A stretch of 64,000 nucleotides of DNA from NCBI GenBank assembly GCA_965223265.1, contig OZ244999.1, positions 7,040,001 to 7,104,000 on the forward strand, read 5' to 3'. Both the position numbers and the translations under genes were made by a program. Numbering within the stretch: the first letter of the stretch is position 1; each line of letters opens with the position of its first letter. Under the pieces are notes generated by a model, which made no database searches, was not told the origin of the DNA, and worked only from the letters and a program-made list of their open reading frames with translations. Positions 10,043 to 20,442 of this stretch are shown piece by piece. Source of the DNA: Planctomycetota bacterium. Its GTDB lineage: Bacteria; Planctomycetota; UBA8108; SXIK01.

Positions 10043-10162
10043 CCAATCGCTGGCCCGAAACGGAGGCTCGCTCGGAACGTTCACACCCGTGAGGCGACAG
10101 CGGGCAAGCCGACCTCCTGGGGCGAGAGTAACCAGGCAAAAGAAACCTAAAGGAGAACCTCC

Positions 10163-11269
10163 GTGCTTCAGGATCTCGACACGCAGGTAGTCTACCGCAA
10201 CCCAAAGCCCTACCTCCGCTCTGTGCACGCCAGCTTTCCGTCCGTCGTTGAGATGCCGGACGGCGAACTGATCGCGGTGTTCGTGCTCGGGGAAGCGTTC
10301 GAGGCGGTGAACCTGCGTCTGCACAAAGCGCGATCGACAGACGGTGGCGAGACGTGGAGGCACGAAGGTCAAGTCTTCAGCGATATCGAAGGGAACCCGG
10401 TTTCGGAGGCTGCCCGCATCTCTCTCACTCCCGAGGGTGAGATCTTCATGGTCCTTTGGCGCGCGGACAGATCAGAACATATCGACGAAGGCTTAGCGAA
10501 CGAAGCGACGCTCGGCATGGCACCCAACCAGTTTCTGACCTGTCGGTCAGCGGATGGCGGCCGTTCCTGGACGACGCCTGAACCGCTCGCGTCACCGCTC
10601 GAAGGTCCGGGATTCGAGCTCTGCTCTCCGATCACCGTACTCAACTCGTCGCGCTGGCTGCTACCGACCTCGACCTGGCCGAGCTGGGACGGCCATCTGC
10701 CGAACGGCCACCGCATGGTCGCCTTCATCTCCGAAGACCGTGGCCGCATCTGGCCGCGCTACGCCGACGTCATGGTGCACCCGTCGAAACCCGTGAACTA
10801 CTGGGAGTCGAAGATCGTCGCGCTCCCGGACGAGAGGTTGCTCGCCGTGGCGTGGGCCTACGACACAGAAGCCAAGCGCGATCTACCGAATCAATACGCG
10901 ATCAGCAGCGACGGCGGCGCGACGTGGACGCCTCCAGCATCGATGGAGCTGACGGGACAGACGCTGACGCCACTCGTGCTCGACGATGGTCGCATTCTCT
11001 GCGTCTATCGCCGCATGGATATCTCGGGCCTATGGGCGCAGCTAGCACACCTCGACGGCGAACGCTGGGTGAACGGCGGGGCCGAGCCGCTTTGGGGCCA
11101 CAACGCTGGCGGTTTGACGCGAACCTCGGAGTCCATGGCGAAGAACTTTCAGTCGCTTCGCTTCGGTGCGCCTTGTCTTACGCGCCTCGAAGACGGACGA
11201 ATCCTCGTTGCGTTTTGGTGCTACGAGGACTGCGTCGGAATCATCCGGACGTTTCGATTTCGCCTCTAG
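10163..11269 (+). CDS. BNR/Asp-box beta-propeller (sialidase-like family) protein
   Basis: Asp boxes STDGGETW, SADGGRSW, SEDRGRIW and SSDGGATW. AGGAG precedes the GTG start. No obvious signal peptide. Confidence 0.85.
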   Translation: MLQDLDTQVVYRNPKPYLRSVHASFPSVVEMPDGELIAVFVLGEAFEAVNLRLHKARSTDGGETWRHEGQVFSDIEGNPVSEAARISLTPEGEIFMVLWRADRSEHIDEGLANEATLGMAPNQFLTCRSADGGRSWTTPEPLASPLEGPGFELCSPITVLNSSRWLLPTSTWPSWDGHLPNGHRMVAFISEDRGRIWPRYADVMVHPSKPVNYWESKIVALPDERLLAVAWAYDTEAKRDLPNQYAISSDGGATWTPPASMELTGQTLTPLVLDDGRILCVYRRMDISGLWAQLAHLDGERWVNGGAEPLWGHNAGGLTRTSESMAKNFQSLRFGAPCLTRLEDGRILVAFWCYEDCVGIIRTFRFRL

Positions 11270-11299
11270 CGCCGCAGCCTCAGACGGCGAAGGAACCTC

Positions 11300-12649
11300 A
11301 TGTCGCACCAAACGAGTCCGGACCGTCGCAGCCCCGAAGCCAGAGAGCTCGGCTTCGAGACCCGCACAATTCACGCCGGTCAGCGTCCTGACCCGAACAC
11401 GGGGGCGCGCGCCGTGCCGATCTTTCAGACGACGAGCTACGTTTTCGAGGACACCGAGGCCGCGGCTGCGTACTTCAATCTCCAAGAGTACGGCAACACA
11501 TACTCCCGCATCATGAATCCGACGGTGGCGGCGTTCGAGGAACGCATGGCAAACCTCGAGGGCGGAGTCGGAGCGGTCGCGTTCGCCAGCGGGCTCGCCG
11601 CACAGGCCTCGGCGCTGTTCACGCTCCTCAGACCTGGAGACCACGTGGTCGCCTCGAGCGCGCTCTACGGCGGTACCGTGACGCAGCTCAAGCATCTCCT
11701 CGGCAAACTCTCCGTCGATCTGACGTTCGTTGACCCGGACGATCTCGACGCCTGGAAGGGTGCACTCCAAGAAAACACGAAAGCTCTTTACGGCGAGACG
11801 ATCGGCAACCCAGGCGGTAACGTGCTGGACATCGAGTCGGTCGCGAAGATTGCGCACGATCATGGGACACCGCTGATCGTCGATAGTACGTTTGCGACAC
11901 CGTTTCTCTGCCGCCCGATGGAGTGGGGTGCGGACATTGTGATCCATTCCGCAACCAAGTTCATCGGCGGCCACGGCACCAGCATCGGTGGTGTCGTCGT
12001 CGACGAAGGATCTTTTGACTGGTCGAACGGTCGTTTTCCCGGCATCGCCGAACCTTCACCCGCCTATCACGGGCTCGCGTTCCACGAGACGTTCGGTTTC
12101 TATGGTTTTCTGATGAAGCTACGCGCTGAGACCTTGCGAGATCTCGGTGCGGCTATGAGCCCCTTCAACGCTTTTCTCTTCTTGCAAGGCTTGGAGACAC
12201 TGTCACTGCGCATGGAGCGCCACGTTGAGAATGCATTCGCTCTAGCAACTTTTCTCGATCGCCATCCGATGGTCAAACGCGTCGCATACCCAGGACTCCC
12301 GACTAGCCGATACGGCCCGTTCATCGAGAAGTATCTGCCACGCGGCGCTGGGGCGATCTTCTCCTTCGACATCGAAGGAGGACGGACTGCGGGAGAGAAG
12401 TTCATCATGGCACTCGATCTCTGGAGCCATCTCGCCAACGTCGGCGACGCCAAGAGCCTTGTGATCCATCCCGCCAGCACGACGCACCGCCAGCTCAGCG
12501 ATAGCGAACTACTCGCCGCGGGGATCGGCCCGGGAACGATTCGGCTGTCGGTCGGACTGGAGACGCTCGATGATCTCAAAGCGGACCTTGAGCAAGGATT
12601 CCAAGCCGCCGAACGAACGAATCAACCGGTCGAGGAGACGCGACCGTGA
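11300..12649 (+). CDS. metY: O-acetylhomoserine aminocarboxypropyltransferase / Cys-Met metabolism PLP enzyme
   Basis: [38 protein letters not shown] (PLP lysine) and [20 protein letters not shown] motifs. Confidence 0.92.
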   Translation: MSHQTSPDRRSPEARELGFETRTIHAGQRPDPNTGARAVPIFQTTSYVFEDTEAAAAYFNLQEYGNTYSRIMNPTVAAFEERMANLEGGVGAVAFASGLAAQASALFTLLRPGDHVVASSALYGGTVTQLKHLLGKLSVDLTFVDPDDLDAWKGALQENTKALYGETIGNPGGNVLDIESVAKIAHDHGTPLIVDSTFATPFLCRPMEWGADIVIHSATKFIGGHGTSIGGVVVDEGSFDWSNGRFPGIAEPSPAYHGLAFHETFGFYGFLMKLRAETLRDLGAAMSPFNAFLFLQGLETLSLRMERHVENAFALATFLDRHPMVKRVAYPGLPTSRYGPFIEKYLPRGAGAIFSFDIEGGRTAGEKFIMALDLWSHLANVGDAKSLVIHPASTTHRQLSDSELLAAGIGPGTIRLSVGLETLDDLKADLEQGFQAAERTNQPVEETRP

Positions 12650-13176
12650 ACGATGCAGCGCCCGATAGAGGAAACTCCACGGCAGCCGCGGCGAGCTTCG
12701 ACGTGACGCGCCACCAAGATGCCCGTGCGATTCAAAGCCTTCTGCGCTCCATGCGCACAGTCGCCATCGTCGGCCTGTCGGCGAACGAGCTACGCGCGAG
12801 CAACTTCGTCGGTTTCTATCTGAAAAACCACGGCTACCGCGTCGTGCCGGTCAACCCACGGGAAAAGGAAATCCTTGGCGAGTCGAGCTATCCGAGTTTG
12901 CGCGACGTACCGCTCGCGATCGACGTCGTCGACGTCTTCAGAGCGCCAAAAGTCGTTCCGGCCATCGCAAAAGAGGCGGTCGAGATCGGTGCCAAGGCGC
13001 TGTGGCTGCAATTCGGTGTGATCAGCCCAGAAGGTGTGAGGATCGCCGAGCAAGGCGGTCTGAAGGTCGTCGTCGACCGTTGCCTCAAGATCGAGCACGC
13101 CCGCTTCATGGGCCGCATGCACTGGCTCGGCTTCAACACGGGCCAGGTGACCTCACGGCGCGGGCCGCTGCAGTAG
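12646..13176 (+). CDS. CoA-binding protein (YccU-like)
   Basis: VAIVGLS, GYRVVPVNP, IDVVDVFR, LWLQFG and VVDRCLKIEH motifs. GTGA overlap with the metY stop. Confidence 0.9.
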   Translation: MNDAAPDRGNSTAAAASFDVTRHQDARAIQSLLRSMRTVAIVGLSANELRASNFVGFYLKNHGYRVVPVNPREKEILGESSYPSLRDVPLAIDVVDVFRAPKVVPAIAKEAVEIGAKALWLQFGVISPEGVRIAEQGGLKVVVDRCLKIEHARFMGRMHWLGFNTGQVTSRRGPLQ

Positions 13177-13214
13177 CGGGCCCGGAGGGACGTCAGGTCA
13201 AAGTGCTTCGCGGA

Positions 13215-13538
13215 GCGGTCCCGGTTCCGGTCTGCGTTTCCGTAGCCGTCACGCACACGCACACCCACACGCACACGCCAACAAGACCGGACGGCACGGT
13301 CCACGCTCACGGTTCACGGTTCACGGTTCACGGCACACGCTCACGGCACACGCTCACGGCACACGCTCACGGCACACGCTCACGGCACACGCACACGCAC
13401 ACGCACACGCACACGCACACGCACACGCACACGCACACGCACACGCTCACGCACACGCTCACGCTCACGCTCACGCTCACGGCACACTCACACCCACACC
13501 CACACCCACACGCTCACGCACACCCACACCCACTCACC
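13215..13538. repeat. Intergenic simple-sequence tract (CACACG/CACGCT/CACACC hexamers, TTCACGG 7-mers, CACGGCACACGCT 13-mers)
   Basis: Directly visible tandem units between convergent genes. Confidence 0.92.
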
Positions 13539-13563
13539 GGCGGCGCGAACGCCGGACGCCCGG

Positions 13564-14022
13564 CTACGACTGATCGCCGGGCACAGGCACCGGGCGGTCA
13601 CGCTCGGCCGGCACGACGCACAAAAACCCGAATGGCTCCGAGCCTTCGCGGTTGCAGAATTGGTGCACGTCCCAGGGCGCCACGTGAATCACATCGCCAA
13701 AGGAGACGCTCTGCTTCCGTTCGCCGAGCTCGACGTGACCGCGACCCCGCACGATCACCACGACGTGTTCATGCTCGTGCTTTTCGCGGCTGGAGAAGCC
13801 ACCGGGCTCGACTTCGAAGTAACGCAATTGAAACGGCGTCGCGATCGCGTCGCTCCCGCCAACCAGTGACGTCCGCGACACGCCACGCCAGTTTTGCGTT
13901 CCGTCTTCTTTGTAGACCGTCCGCACACGGTCCAGCCACGCGAACCCATCCTTGAAGCTCAGAATGCGACTCTGAGACTCCCCGGAGACTTCGACTCCGC
14001 TCTGTGGCTTGCGATCTTCCAT
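13564..14022 (-). CDS. Cupin domain protein
   Basis: LRYFEVEPGGFSSREKHEHEHVVVIVRGRG and GDVIHVAPWDVHQF cupin metal motifs. Confidence 0.88.
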   Translation of the reverse strand: MEDRKPQSGVEVSGESQSRILSFKDGFAWLDRVRTVYKEDGTQNWRGVSRTSLVGGSDAIATPFQLRYFEVEPGGFSSREKHEHEHVVVIVRGRGHVELGERKQSVSFGDVIHVAPWDVHQFCNREGSEPFGFLCVVPAERDRPVPVPGDQS

Positions 14023-14045
14023 GGATCGATCGTCGTGGCTTAGCG

Positions 14046-15383
14046 TTAGATCAGCTCGCGGATGAAGTCGCGCTGCTCGAGCAGATGCCGCGGTCGACCT
14101 GAGAAGTCGTTCAGCGTCGTCGCTGGATCGATGCCGAGATGGCGATAGATCATCGCCAGGACGTTTCCGGGATGGTAGACGGCTTCGGTTGGCTCCTCAC
14201 CGAGCGAGTTCGACGCACCGACGATCTGTCCGACGCGAAGTCCACCGCCCGAGAAAAGTACGCTCATGAGTGGGCCCCAGTGGTCGCGCCCGGCGTTTTG
14301 GTTGATCTTGGGTGTGCGGCCGAACTCGCCCATGGCCACCACCAAGACGTCGCAGTCAAGCCCACGCGCGTAGATGTCTTCCACGAGAGCCGTGACTCCC
14401 TGATCGTAGGGCGGGCAGAGATTCTTGAGCGCCGGCTCGATCCGCTGGTGGTTGTCCCAACCAATGACGCGCACACTGACGAAAGTAACACCCGCTTCGA
14501 CGAGGCGGCGAGCGAGGAGCATGCCCTGTCCGACGGTCGTGCGCCCGTAATGATCACGCAGGCGCTGGTCTTCGCGGTCGAGCTCGAACGCTTCGCGAGC
14601 GCGGTTGCTCGTGACGAGCTCGAAGGCCTCTTGAGTGAACCGATCGAGGGCTCGCGCTGCGTTGACGTCGCGGAGGCGCCGCATGCGATCGAACTCTTCG
14701 CGCAGCTGCCGGCGCCCTTCGAGTCGCGACACAGGAACGCTCGCGTCAAGTGCCAGATTGTCGACGCGGAAGTCGGCGTCGTTCGGATCCTTTCCGACGT
14801 CGAAGGGGTTGAACGCATTGCCGAGGAACGCCGAGCGTCCGTTACGCATGACTTTTGGCACTGCGACGTATGCAGGCATGCCCACGGCGCCGGCACCGCG
14901 CAGCTTAGCGGCGACCGAGCCGATGCACGGAAACTGATTCGGGCCGCCCTTGAGCCCGGTCTTGTAGTACCCCGTTTGTGTGAGGTGGCTCGAAGGATCG
15001 TGTGAGTTGTGGCGATGGCGTACCGAACGAACGATGGCGAGCTTATCGACGATCCGCGCCTGCCGAGACATGAGGTCGCTGAAGAGCACGCCCGGCAGGT
15101 TGGTGTCGACGAAGCCGAACATGCCGCGGCACTCGCGCGGCGCGTCGGGCTTCGGATCGTAGGTCTCGAACTGACTCGGGCCGCCGGCAAGCTCGAGAAA
15201 AATCACGGACGTCTGCCGAGGCGCGGCGCCGTTCGCCGCGCTACGGCTGCGCGCCGCGAGCACCTGGGGCAGCGACAGCCCAAGGCAACTCAGCCCACCG
15301 ATCTCGAGAAAACGCCGGCGATGGAGTTGCGAATGCAGGCCACGGTGGGCGCTTTGAGCATCGGCATCGTCGATGTGAAGCAT
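14046..15383 (-). CDS. DUF1501 domain protein
   Basis: RRRFLEIG leader; LAGGPSQFETYDPKP, GWDNH, GEFGRTP and GRDHW motifs. GGAGGA precedes ATG 15383. Confidence 0.9.
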   Translation of the reverse strand: MLHIDDADAQSAHRGLHSQLHRRRFLEIGGLSCLGLSLPQVLAARSRSAANGAAPRQTSVIFLELAGGPSQFETYDPKPDAPRECRGMFGFVDTNLPGVLFSDLMSRQARIVDKLAIVRSVRHRHNSHDPSSHLTQTGYYKTGLKGGPNQFPCIGSVAAKLRGAGAVGMPAYVAVPKVMRNGRSAFLGNAFNPFDVGKDPNDADFRVDNLALDASVPVSRLEGRRQLREEFDRMRRLRDVNAARALDRFTQEAFELVTSNRAREAFELDREDQRLRDHYGRTTVGQGMLLARRLVEAGVTFVSVRVIGWDNHQRIEPALKNLCPPYDQGVTALVEDIYARGLDCDVLVVAMGEFGRTPKINQNAGRDHWGPLMSVLFSGGGLRVGQIVGASNSLGEEPTEAVYHPGNVLAMIYRHLGIDPATTLNDFSGRPRHLLEQRDFIRELI

Positions 15384-15540
15384 CACAGTCCTCCGGGCTC
15401 GGCGAGCTCGTCCTACGAGCATTTCACTTTAGGCCGAAGGGCACTCGTGGGTCAAGCGCGCACGGCGGAGAACTTGGCCTGATTCAAGCGCTCAGCGTCG
15501 GCGGCGTCAGGCACTACGACCAAGGCGCTGCCCGCACGCG

Positions 15541-18414
15541 TCACTCCATCTCCACCGGCTGCACCACCCCTCGAGCAACCGGATCGTCGACGGCCTGCAT
15601 GGTCTCCCAGAGGCGCTGCGCGAGCTCCTTCTTTCGCTTCCGAATCGTCGGATCGCGCACTGCGATGAGGTTCTTGCGTTCGTCTGGGTCGTTTGCGAGA
15701 TCGTAGAGCTCGTCTTTTCCGGAACGCCTGAAGTCACGCACGAGCTTCCACTCGGGCGTACGGTACGCACGCAGCTCGGCCCACTCGGCGTGACGCATGG
15801 AGTACTGCACAAAGAGATCGTCATTCCACGGCACCGACTCTCCCTTCAGAAGCGGAAGCAGATTGCGCCCGCGCACCCCTCGCGCGCCTCGTAGCTCAAC
15901 ACCGGCGAGCGCGACGAGGGTTGGGTACCAATCCAGGTGCGTGACCGTCCGCTCGATCCTGGTCCCCGGCTTGATTTGGCGCGGCCAGCGCACGATCGCC
16001 GGTACACGCAGCGACGTATCGTAGAGATTGGGGCGTGAGTCGCGCGTCGTTGTCAGCAGCCAGCGACCGTTCCCCTTGTGCCAGATGCCGTTGTGACCGA
16101 GGTTGTAGCCGTGATCCGATGTATAGATGACGACCGTGTTGTCGCTCAGCCCGAGCTCATCGAGCGACGCGAGGAGGCGCCCGACGTTACGGTCGACACT
16201 CGCGACACTGCCGAGGTACTCGCGCATGAGACGCGCCGCGCGCGGACGATCGAGGTCGGGGTAGTTGGGATGCGGCAGAGACGGTGTCGCACGCTCGAAA
16301 CGCTTCCAATCCTCGTCCTTCAGCGGCAGCCAGGTACGGTCACCGTCCGGCGTGCGCTCCCTGGTGTTAGCGTGCGGCGCCCAGTAGTGAAGTGAGAGAA
16401 GGAACGGCGCCGCGCGCGACTGCGTCACGAACTCGATCGCCAGATCGGTCAGCCGATCGGCTGTGTAGCCGCTCAGAGTTTGCACACGACCGAGGATCTC
16501 GACCTGTGCGTCACGGCTGGTATAACCGCCGCGCCGAAAGCCGCTGAAGCGTTGATATCCAAAGCGCGCCGGGTGATGCCACTCCTCGGAGCCGACGTGC
16601 CACTTACCTACGAGCGAAGTCTCGAAACCACCACGCGCGAACGCACGCGGCCACGTGGGCCGCGTCGAATCGAGGCCGCGGCGGAAACCTCGCGGACGAT
16701 CGTTCAAGTAGTCGACCACGCCAAGCTCTGTAGAATAGCGGCTGGCCAAGAGCGACGCGCGCGACGGACTGCAGACCGGCGTCGTGACGAAGGCGTTGAC
16801 GAACATCGCTCCCTCACGCGCCAACCGATCGAGGTTCGGAGTGTAGGCGTCGCGATTGCCAGACGCACCGAGCGCCCAATCGGCCTGATCGTCGGTCATG
16901 ATGAAGATCACGTTCGGCCGCTCAGCGCTTGGTGAGGTATGCGCCGGATTCGCCTGATGGCGCGGTCCGCGCACACCCTCAAGCCAACTGTGCAGCTGCT
17001 CGGCCAGGTCCCGCCGCACTTCCGGCTGGGCACGACTCAAGTCGACGTTCTCGCCCGGATCGCGTGCGAGGTTGTAGAGCTCGACGCGCGGCGGATCATA
17101 GTGCTCGATCAGCTTCCAATCGCCGCGACGCACGGCCGCCCCTGGCTGTTTCGCCTGCGGACTGTAGTGCGGGTAGTACCAAAAGAGAGGTCGCTCAAGC
17201 TTCGTCCGCTCCCCGAGGAGAAGAGGCATCAGGCTGAGGCCATCGAAGTCTCGCGAGTCATCGGCGCGCGACGTCGTCTCACCGTCATGACGCCTCACCA
17301 TATCGAGCAGCGTCGGCATCACATCGATGCCGCTCACCGGCTCGGCAGACACGCCACCCGGCCGCACCCGTCCGGGCCACTTGACGATCAACGGCACACG
17401 GATGCCACCCTCGTAGAGAAACCCCTTGCCTGCCCGCAGCGGCGCGTTCGACGTCACGGGCGCCAACCCACCGTTGTCCGACGTGAAGACAACGATGGTG
17501 TCGTCCGCGAGATCAAGACGCTCGAGCGTCGATAGTACGCGCCCAACACTCTGGTCCACCGCCTCGACCATAGCGGCGTAGGCCGGATTGAGAAACTCGA
17601 CGGGACTCTGCCGCGCACTATATTTTTCGACGAGCGCTCCCGGCGCCTGGATCGGTGTGTGCACAGCGTAGTGGGTCAAGTAGAGGAAAAACGGCTGCCG
17701 CCGATTCTGTTCGATGAAACGGATCGCTTCGTCCGTCAGACGATCAGTGAGATACTCGCCGGGCTCGCCTCCCTCAAGCGTCGGGATGGCCGCGTTCCAG
17801 GTCGAAGCGGGGCGCGTATACGGATAGAAGTGATTCGGTGGCGAGCCCGATGTCCACCCCGCGATATTGACGTCGAAGCCTTGATCGAGAGGCCAGTACC
17901 CAGGGCCGCCGAGATGCCACTTGCCAACACTAGCGGCAGCATAGCCGCGCCCCTTGAGCGCCTCCGCGAGCGTCACTTCGTCAAGCGCCAAGAACATGTT
18001 GTCGGCTGGCGGGATCACCCGTCCTGTTTCGGGGTAGCGGTGACGACCGATCGCAGTGATGTGGCCCGTGAAAGATACCTCGACCGGGTACTTTCCCGTC
18101 AGCAACGCAGCACGCGACGGTGAGCAAACGGGCGCGGCAGAGTAAGCTTGGGTGAAGCGCATGCCGCCGGCCGCGAGGTCATCGATGTGCGGCGTTTCGT
18201 AAATGCCGTTGCCGTAGCAACCGAGGTCGCGCCAGCCCAGATCATCAATGAGGATGACGACGACGTTCGGCTGGGATCGCGGCGCCGCGGGTGCTGCTGT
18301 GGTGCTGCCGCCGGCGATCAAACTGAAACCGAGAGCGAAAAGCGAGACGGCGGCAAGCGCCCGATCGGCGCAGTGGGTTCGGGAATGCATGCGTGGATGC
18401 GCACGTGGAGGCAT
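15541..18414 (-). CDS. Tandem two-domain sulfatase (secreted)
   Basis: Two complete S1 sulfatase domains: PNVVVILIDDLG...CSPSRAALLTG...GKWHLG and PNVIFIMTDDQ...CSPSRASLL...GKWHVG. Signal peptide present. Start placed at ATG 18414, just after the upstream stop. Confidence 0.9.
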   Translation of the reverse strand: MPPRAHPRMHSRTHCADRALAAVSLFALGFSLIAGGSTTAAPAAPRSQPNVVVILIDDLGWRDLGCYGNGIYETPHIDDLAAGGMRFTQAYSAAPVCSPSRAALLTGKYPVEVSFTGHITAIGRHRYPETGRVIPPADNMFLALDEVTLAEALKGRGYAAASVGKWHLGGPGYWPLDQGFDVNIAGWTSGSPPNHFYPYTRPASTWNAAIPTLEGGEPGEYLTDRLTDEAIRFIEQNRRQPFFLYLTHYAVHTPIQAPGALVEKYSARQSPVEFLNPAYAAMVEAVDQSVGRVLSTLERLDLADDTIVVFTSDNGGLAPVTSNAPLRAGKGFLYEGGIRVPLIVKWPGRVRPGGVSAEPVSGIDVMPTLLDMVRRHDGETTSRADDSRDFDGLSLMPLLLGERTKLERPLFWYYPHYSPQAKQPGAAVRRGDWKLIEHYDPPRVELYNLARDPGENVDLSRAQPEVRRDLAEQLHSWLEGVRGPRHQANPAHTSPSAERPNVIFIMTDDQADWALGASGNRDAYTPNLDRLAREGAMFVNAFVTTPVCSPSRASLLASRYSTELGVVDYLNDRPRGFRRGLDSTRPTWPRAFARGGFETSLVGKWHVGSEEWHHPARFGYQRFSGFRRGGYTSRDAQVEILGRVQTLSGYTADRLTDLAIEFVTQSRAAPFLLSLHYWAPHANTRERTPDGDRTWLPLKDEDWKRFERATPSLPHPNYPDLDRPRAARLMREYLGSVASVDRNVGRLLASLDELGLSDNTVVIYTSDHGYNLGHNGIWHKGNGRWLLTTTRDSRPNLYDTSLRVPAIVRWPRQIKPGTRIERTVTHLDWYPTLVALAGVELRGARGVRGRNLLPLLKGESVPWNDDLFVQYSMRHAEWAELRAYRTPEWKLVRDFRRSGKDELYDLANDPDERKNLIAVRDPTIRKRKKELAQRLWETMQAVDDPVARGVVQPVEME

Positions 18415-18418
18415 AGAT

Positions 18419-18808
18419 CTACGTCTCAACAGTCGGTTCGAGGCCGTCACCGTCCGGCAGGGCTGAGAGTTCGACGAGACGACCATCAGGATCGTTCAGG
18501 TATGCGCTCCGCCCCCACTCATAGTCACGCGGCGGATACGGCACGGGCGTGTCAGCCTCCTCCAGTTCCGCAGCGGCGCGGTCAACGCCATCCCCGCCGT
18601 CAACACCGATCGCAAAGTGATCAACGTTCGGAAGGCCATCGGCGCGCGGTGGCACGCTCCGGTGAATCAAGAGCGTCACGCCCCCGGCTCGAAAGAGCGC
18701 GATATCCTCCGTGGCCGTCTCCGGCTCGCACGCAAGTACGTGCGAGTAGAACCGCGTCAACTCATCGAGGCGGTCGGTGAAGAGGGTGAGTTCGACAATC
18801 TTTCGCAC
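18419..18808 (-). CDS. VOC/glyoxalase family protein
   Basis: GTG 18808 follows AGGAG; RFYSHVL, DHFAIGVD and WGRSAYLNDPDGRLVEL motifs. It is the C-terminal 129 aa of the ORF-track entry 18419..19267. Confidence 0.85.
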   Translation of the reverse strand: MRKIVELTLFTDRLDELTRFYSHVLACEPETATEDIALFRAGGVTLLIHRSVPPRADGLPNVDHFAIGVDGGDGVDRAAAELEEADTPVPYPPRDYEWGRSAYLNDPDGRLVELSALPDGDGLEPTVET

Positions 18809-18858
18809 AGCGGTGCTCCTGCGTTTTGTCTGCGGCGATTCGCGGTGTCGCGTCGGTC

Positions 18859-19992
18859 TCAACTCGAGGCAGCGCGAACAGGCGGAACCATCTCGACGAG
18901 CTCGTCGCGGTAAGCGAAAAGCGCCGGCGTGCCGCCGGTGTGAACGAAGACGAGCGATTCCGTTGCTACATAAGTGCCGCGACGCACATCGTGGATCAGC
19001 GCCGCCAGCGCCTTGGACGAATAGACCGGATCGAGCAGAATCCCCTCGGTGCGCGCCAAGAGCGCGATCGCCTCCATCCCCGCCGTCGATGGCACACCGT
19101 AACCAGGCCCGATGTAGTCGCCGCTGACTGAGATATCGCTCGCCTCGAGGCGGACAGAAAGATCGAGGATCTCCGCCGCTTCGTTGGCGATGCGCGCAAG
19201 ATCTTCGGCTTCGTCCCACGGCCAACGCAAGGGAAGGACGCTGCGCACGTTGAACGGTGCACCGCACGCCGCTTTGCCGAGAGCCAGACCGGCTCCGGTC
19301 GATCCCGAAGAACAGATGTATACGGTGTGTGGCTGCACCTGAATTTCGGCGAGCTGCTCGATGAGCTCAGCCATGCAGATAACGTATCCGATCGCGGCGA
19401 GGACTTTGACGCGGCCCCGGTTCCAGTGATAGACGTGGCGCCCTTGCGCGCCTGCTTTTTCAGCCGCCGCGGCGATCAGCGCGTCCAGCTCCGGCCCCAT
19501 TTCAGCGTCGACGATCTCGATCGTCGCCCCCAGAACATGATCGAGGAGAAGGTTCCCTTGGATATCGTCGCCGCGGCAGCCACGACTGAGGAGCAAGTGA
19601 CAATCGAGTCCGTAGCGCTTGCAGCCGGCGAGTGTCTGGCGGCAGTTGTTCGATTGGACGCCCGCACCCCAGACGAACATGTCTGCTCCCTGCTCGAGCG
19701 CGTCACCGAGAAGAAACTCGTTGTGACGCGTCTTGTTGCCACCGAAAGCAAGACCGGTGCAGTCGTCGCGCTTGATGTAGATGCGCGGGCCGCCCAGCGC
19801 CGCAGAAAAGCGCGGCAGCTCTTCCAGCGGTGTCGGCAGATGCGCCAACGGCGCTCGCGGCAATCGATCGACGGTCGCGCGCAATTCTGCCGTCGACAAG
19901 TCGTGCTTTGTGTCCGAGACGCTCTCGTCGCGCATGCGCTCTACCTTCCTCGCTTCCGTCGACGCGTTGTCGCGTCTGTCGTGTTGTTCCAA
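18859..19992 (-). CDS. D-cysteine desulfhydrase / ACC deaminase family PLP enzyme
   Basis: LAHLPTPL, IKRDDCTGLAFGGNKTR, QSNN, EGILLDPVYSSKA and FVHTGGTPALF motifs. The start may be slightly downstream (~19935). Confidence 0.88.
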   Translation of the reverse strand: MEQHDRRDNASTEARKVERMRDESVSDTKHDLSTAELRATVDRLPRAPLAHLPTPLEELPRFSAALGGPRIYIKRDDCTGLAFGGNKTRHNEFLLGDALEQGADMFVWGAGVQSNNCRQTLAGCKRYGLDCHLLLSRGCRGDDIQGNLLLDHVLGATIEIVDAEMGPELDALIAAAAEKAGAQGRHVYHWNRGRVKVLAAIGYVICMAELIEQLAEIQVQPHTVYICSSGSTGAGLALGKAACGAPFNVRSVLPLRWPWDEAEDLARIANEAAEILDLSVRLEASDISVSGDYIGPGYGVPSTAGMEAIALLARTEGILLDPVYSSKALAALIHDVRRGTYVATESLVFVHTGGTPALFAYRDELVEMVPPVRAASS

Positions 19993-20143
19993 CCGTCATA
20001 GATATCGAAGCGACGCAGCGAGTACCAGTGCAATCCTCCCGTTCGAACCGTGCACGACGCCGTGACGAAGAGTGAGCAGTCATGATCCATTGTGGTGTCC
20101 GGCCTTTTTCTTCGGCTGCGGCACACGTGAGTCCTGTCAACGC

Positions 20144-20310
20144 GCCGTCGAAACTCACGGTCACGGTCACGGTCACGGTCACGGTCACGGTCACGGTCAC
20201 GGTCACGGCTCACGGTCACGGCTCACGGTCACGCTCACGGCTCACGGCTCACGGTCACGGTCACGGTCACGGTCACGGCTCACGGTCACGGCTCACGGTC
20301 ACGCTCACCT
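20144..20310. repeat. Intergenic simple-sequence tract of CACGGT / CACGGCT / CACGCT units
   Basis: About eight perfect CACGGT units followed by variants; begins GCCGTCGAAACTCACGGTCACGG. Confidence 0.92.
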
Positions 20311-20442
20311 CCCGAACCGCACACGGAGAGGCCGTGAAGGTTTAACACGTGCCGTCAAAACTTGCGCTCCGCACGGTCACCTCCGCACGGTCACCTCCGC
20401 AGCGGCACGAATTTTTTAACTGCCGTCGCAGCTCGCCGACAC

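Noticed and set aside
13215-13538. CRISPR array or His/Thr-rich protein (ORF 13002..13955)
   Set aside because: The units are 6-13 bp with no unique spacers, and there are no cas genes. The ORF overlaps two real genes and is open only because the hexamer repeat lacks stops. The same applies to the VT, HG and RD ORFs around 20.1-20.3 kb.
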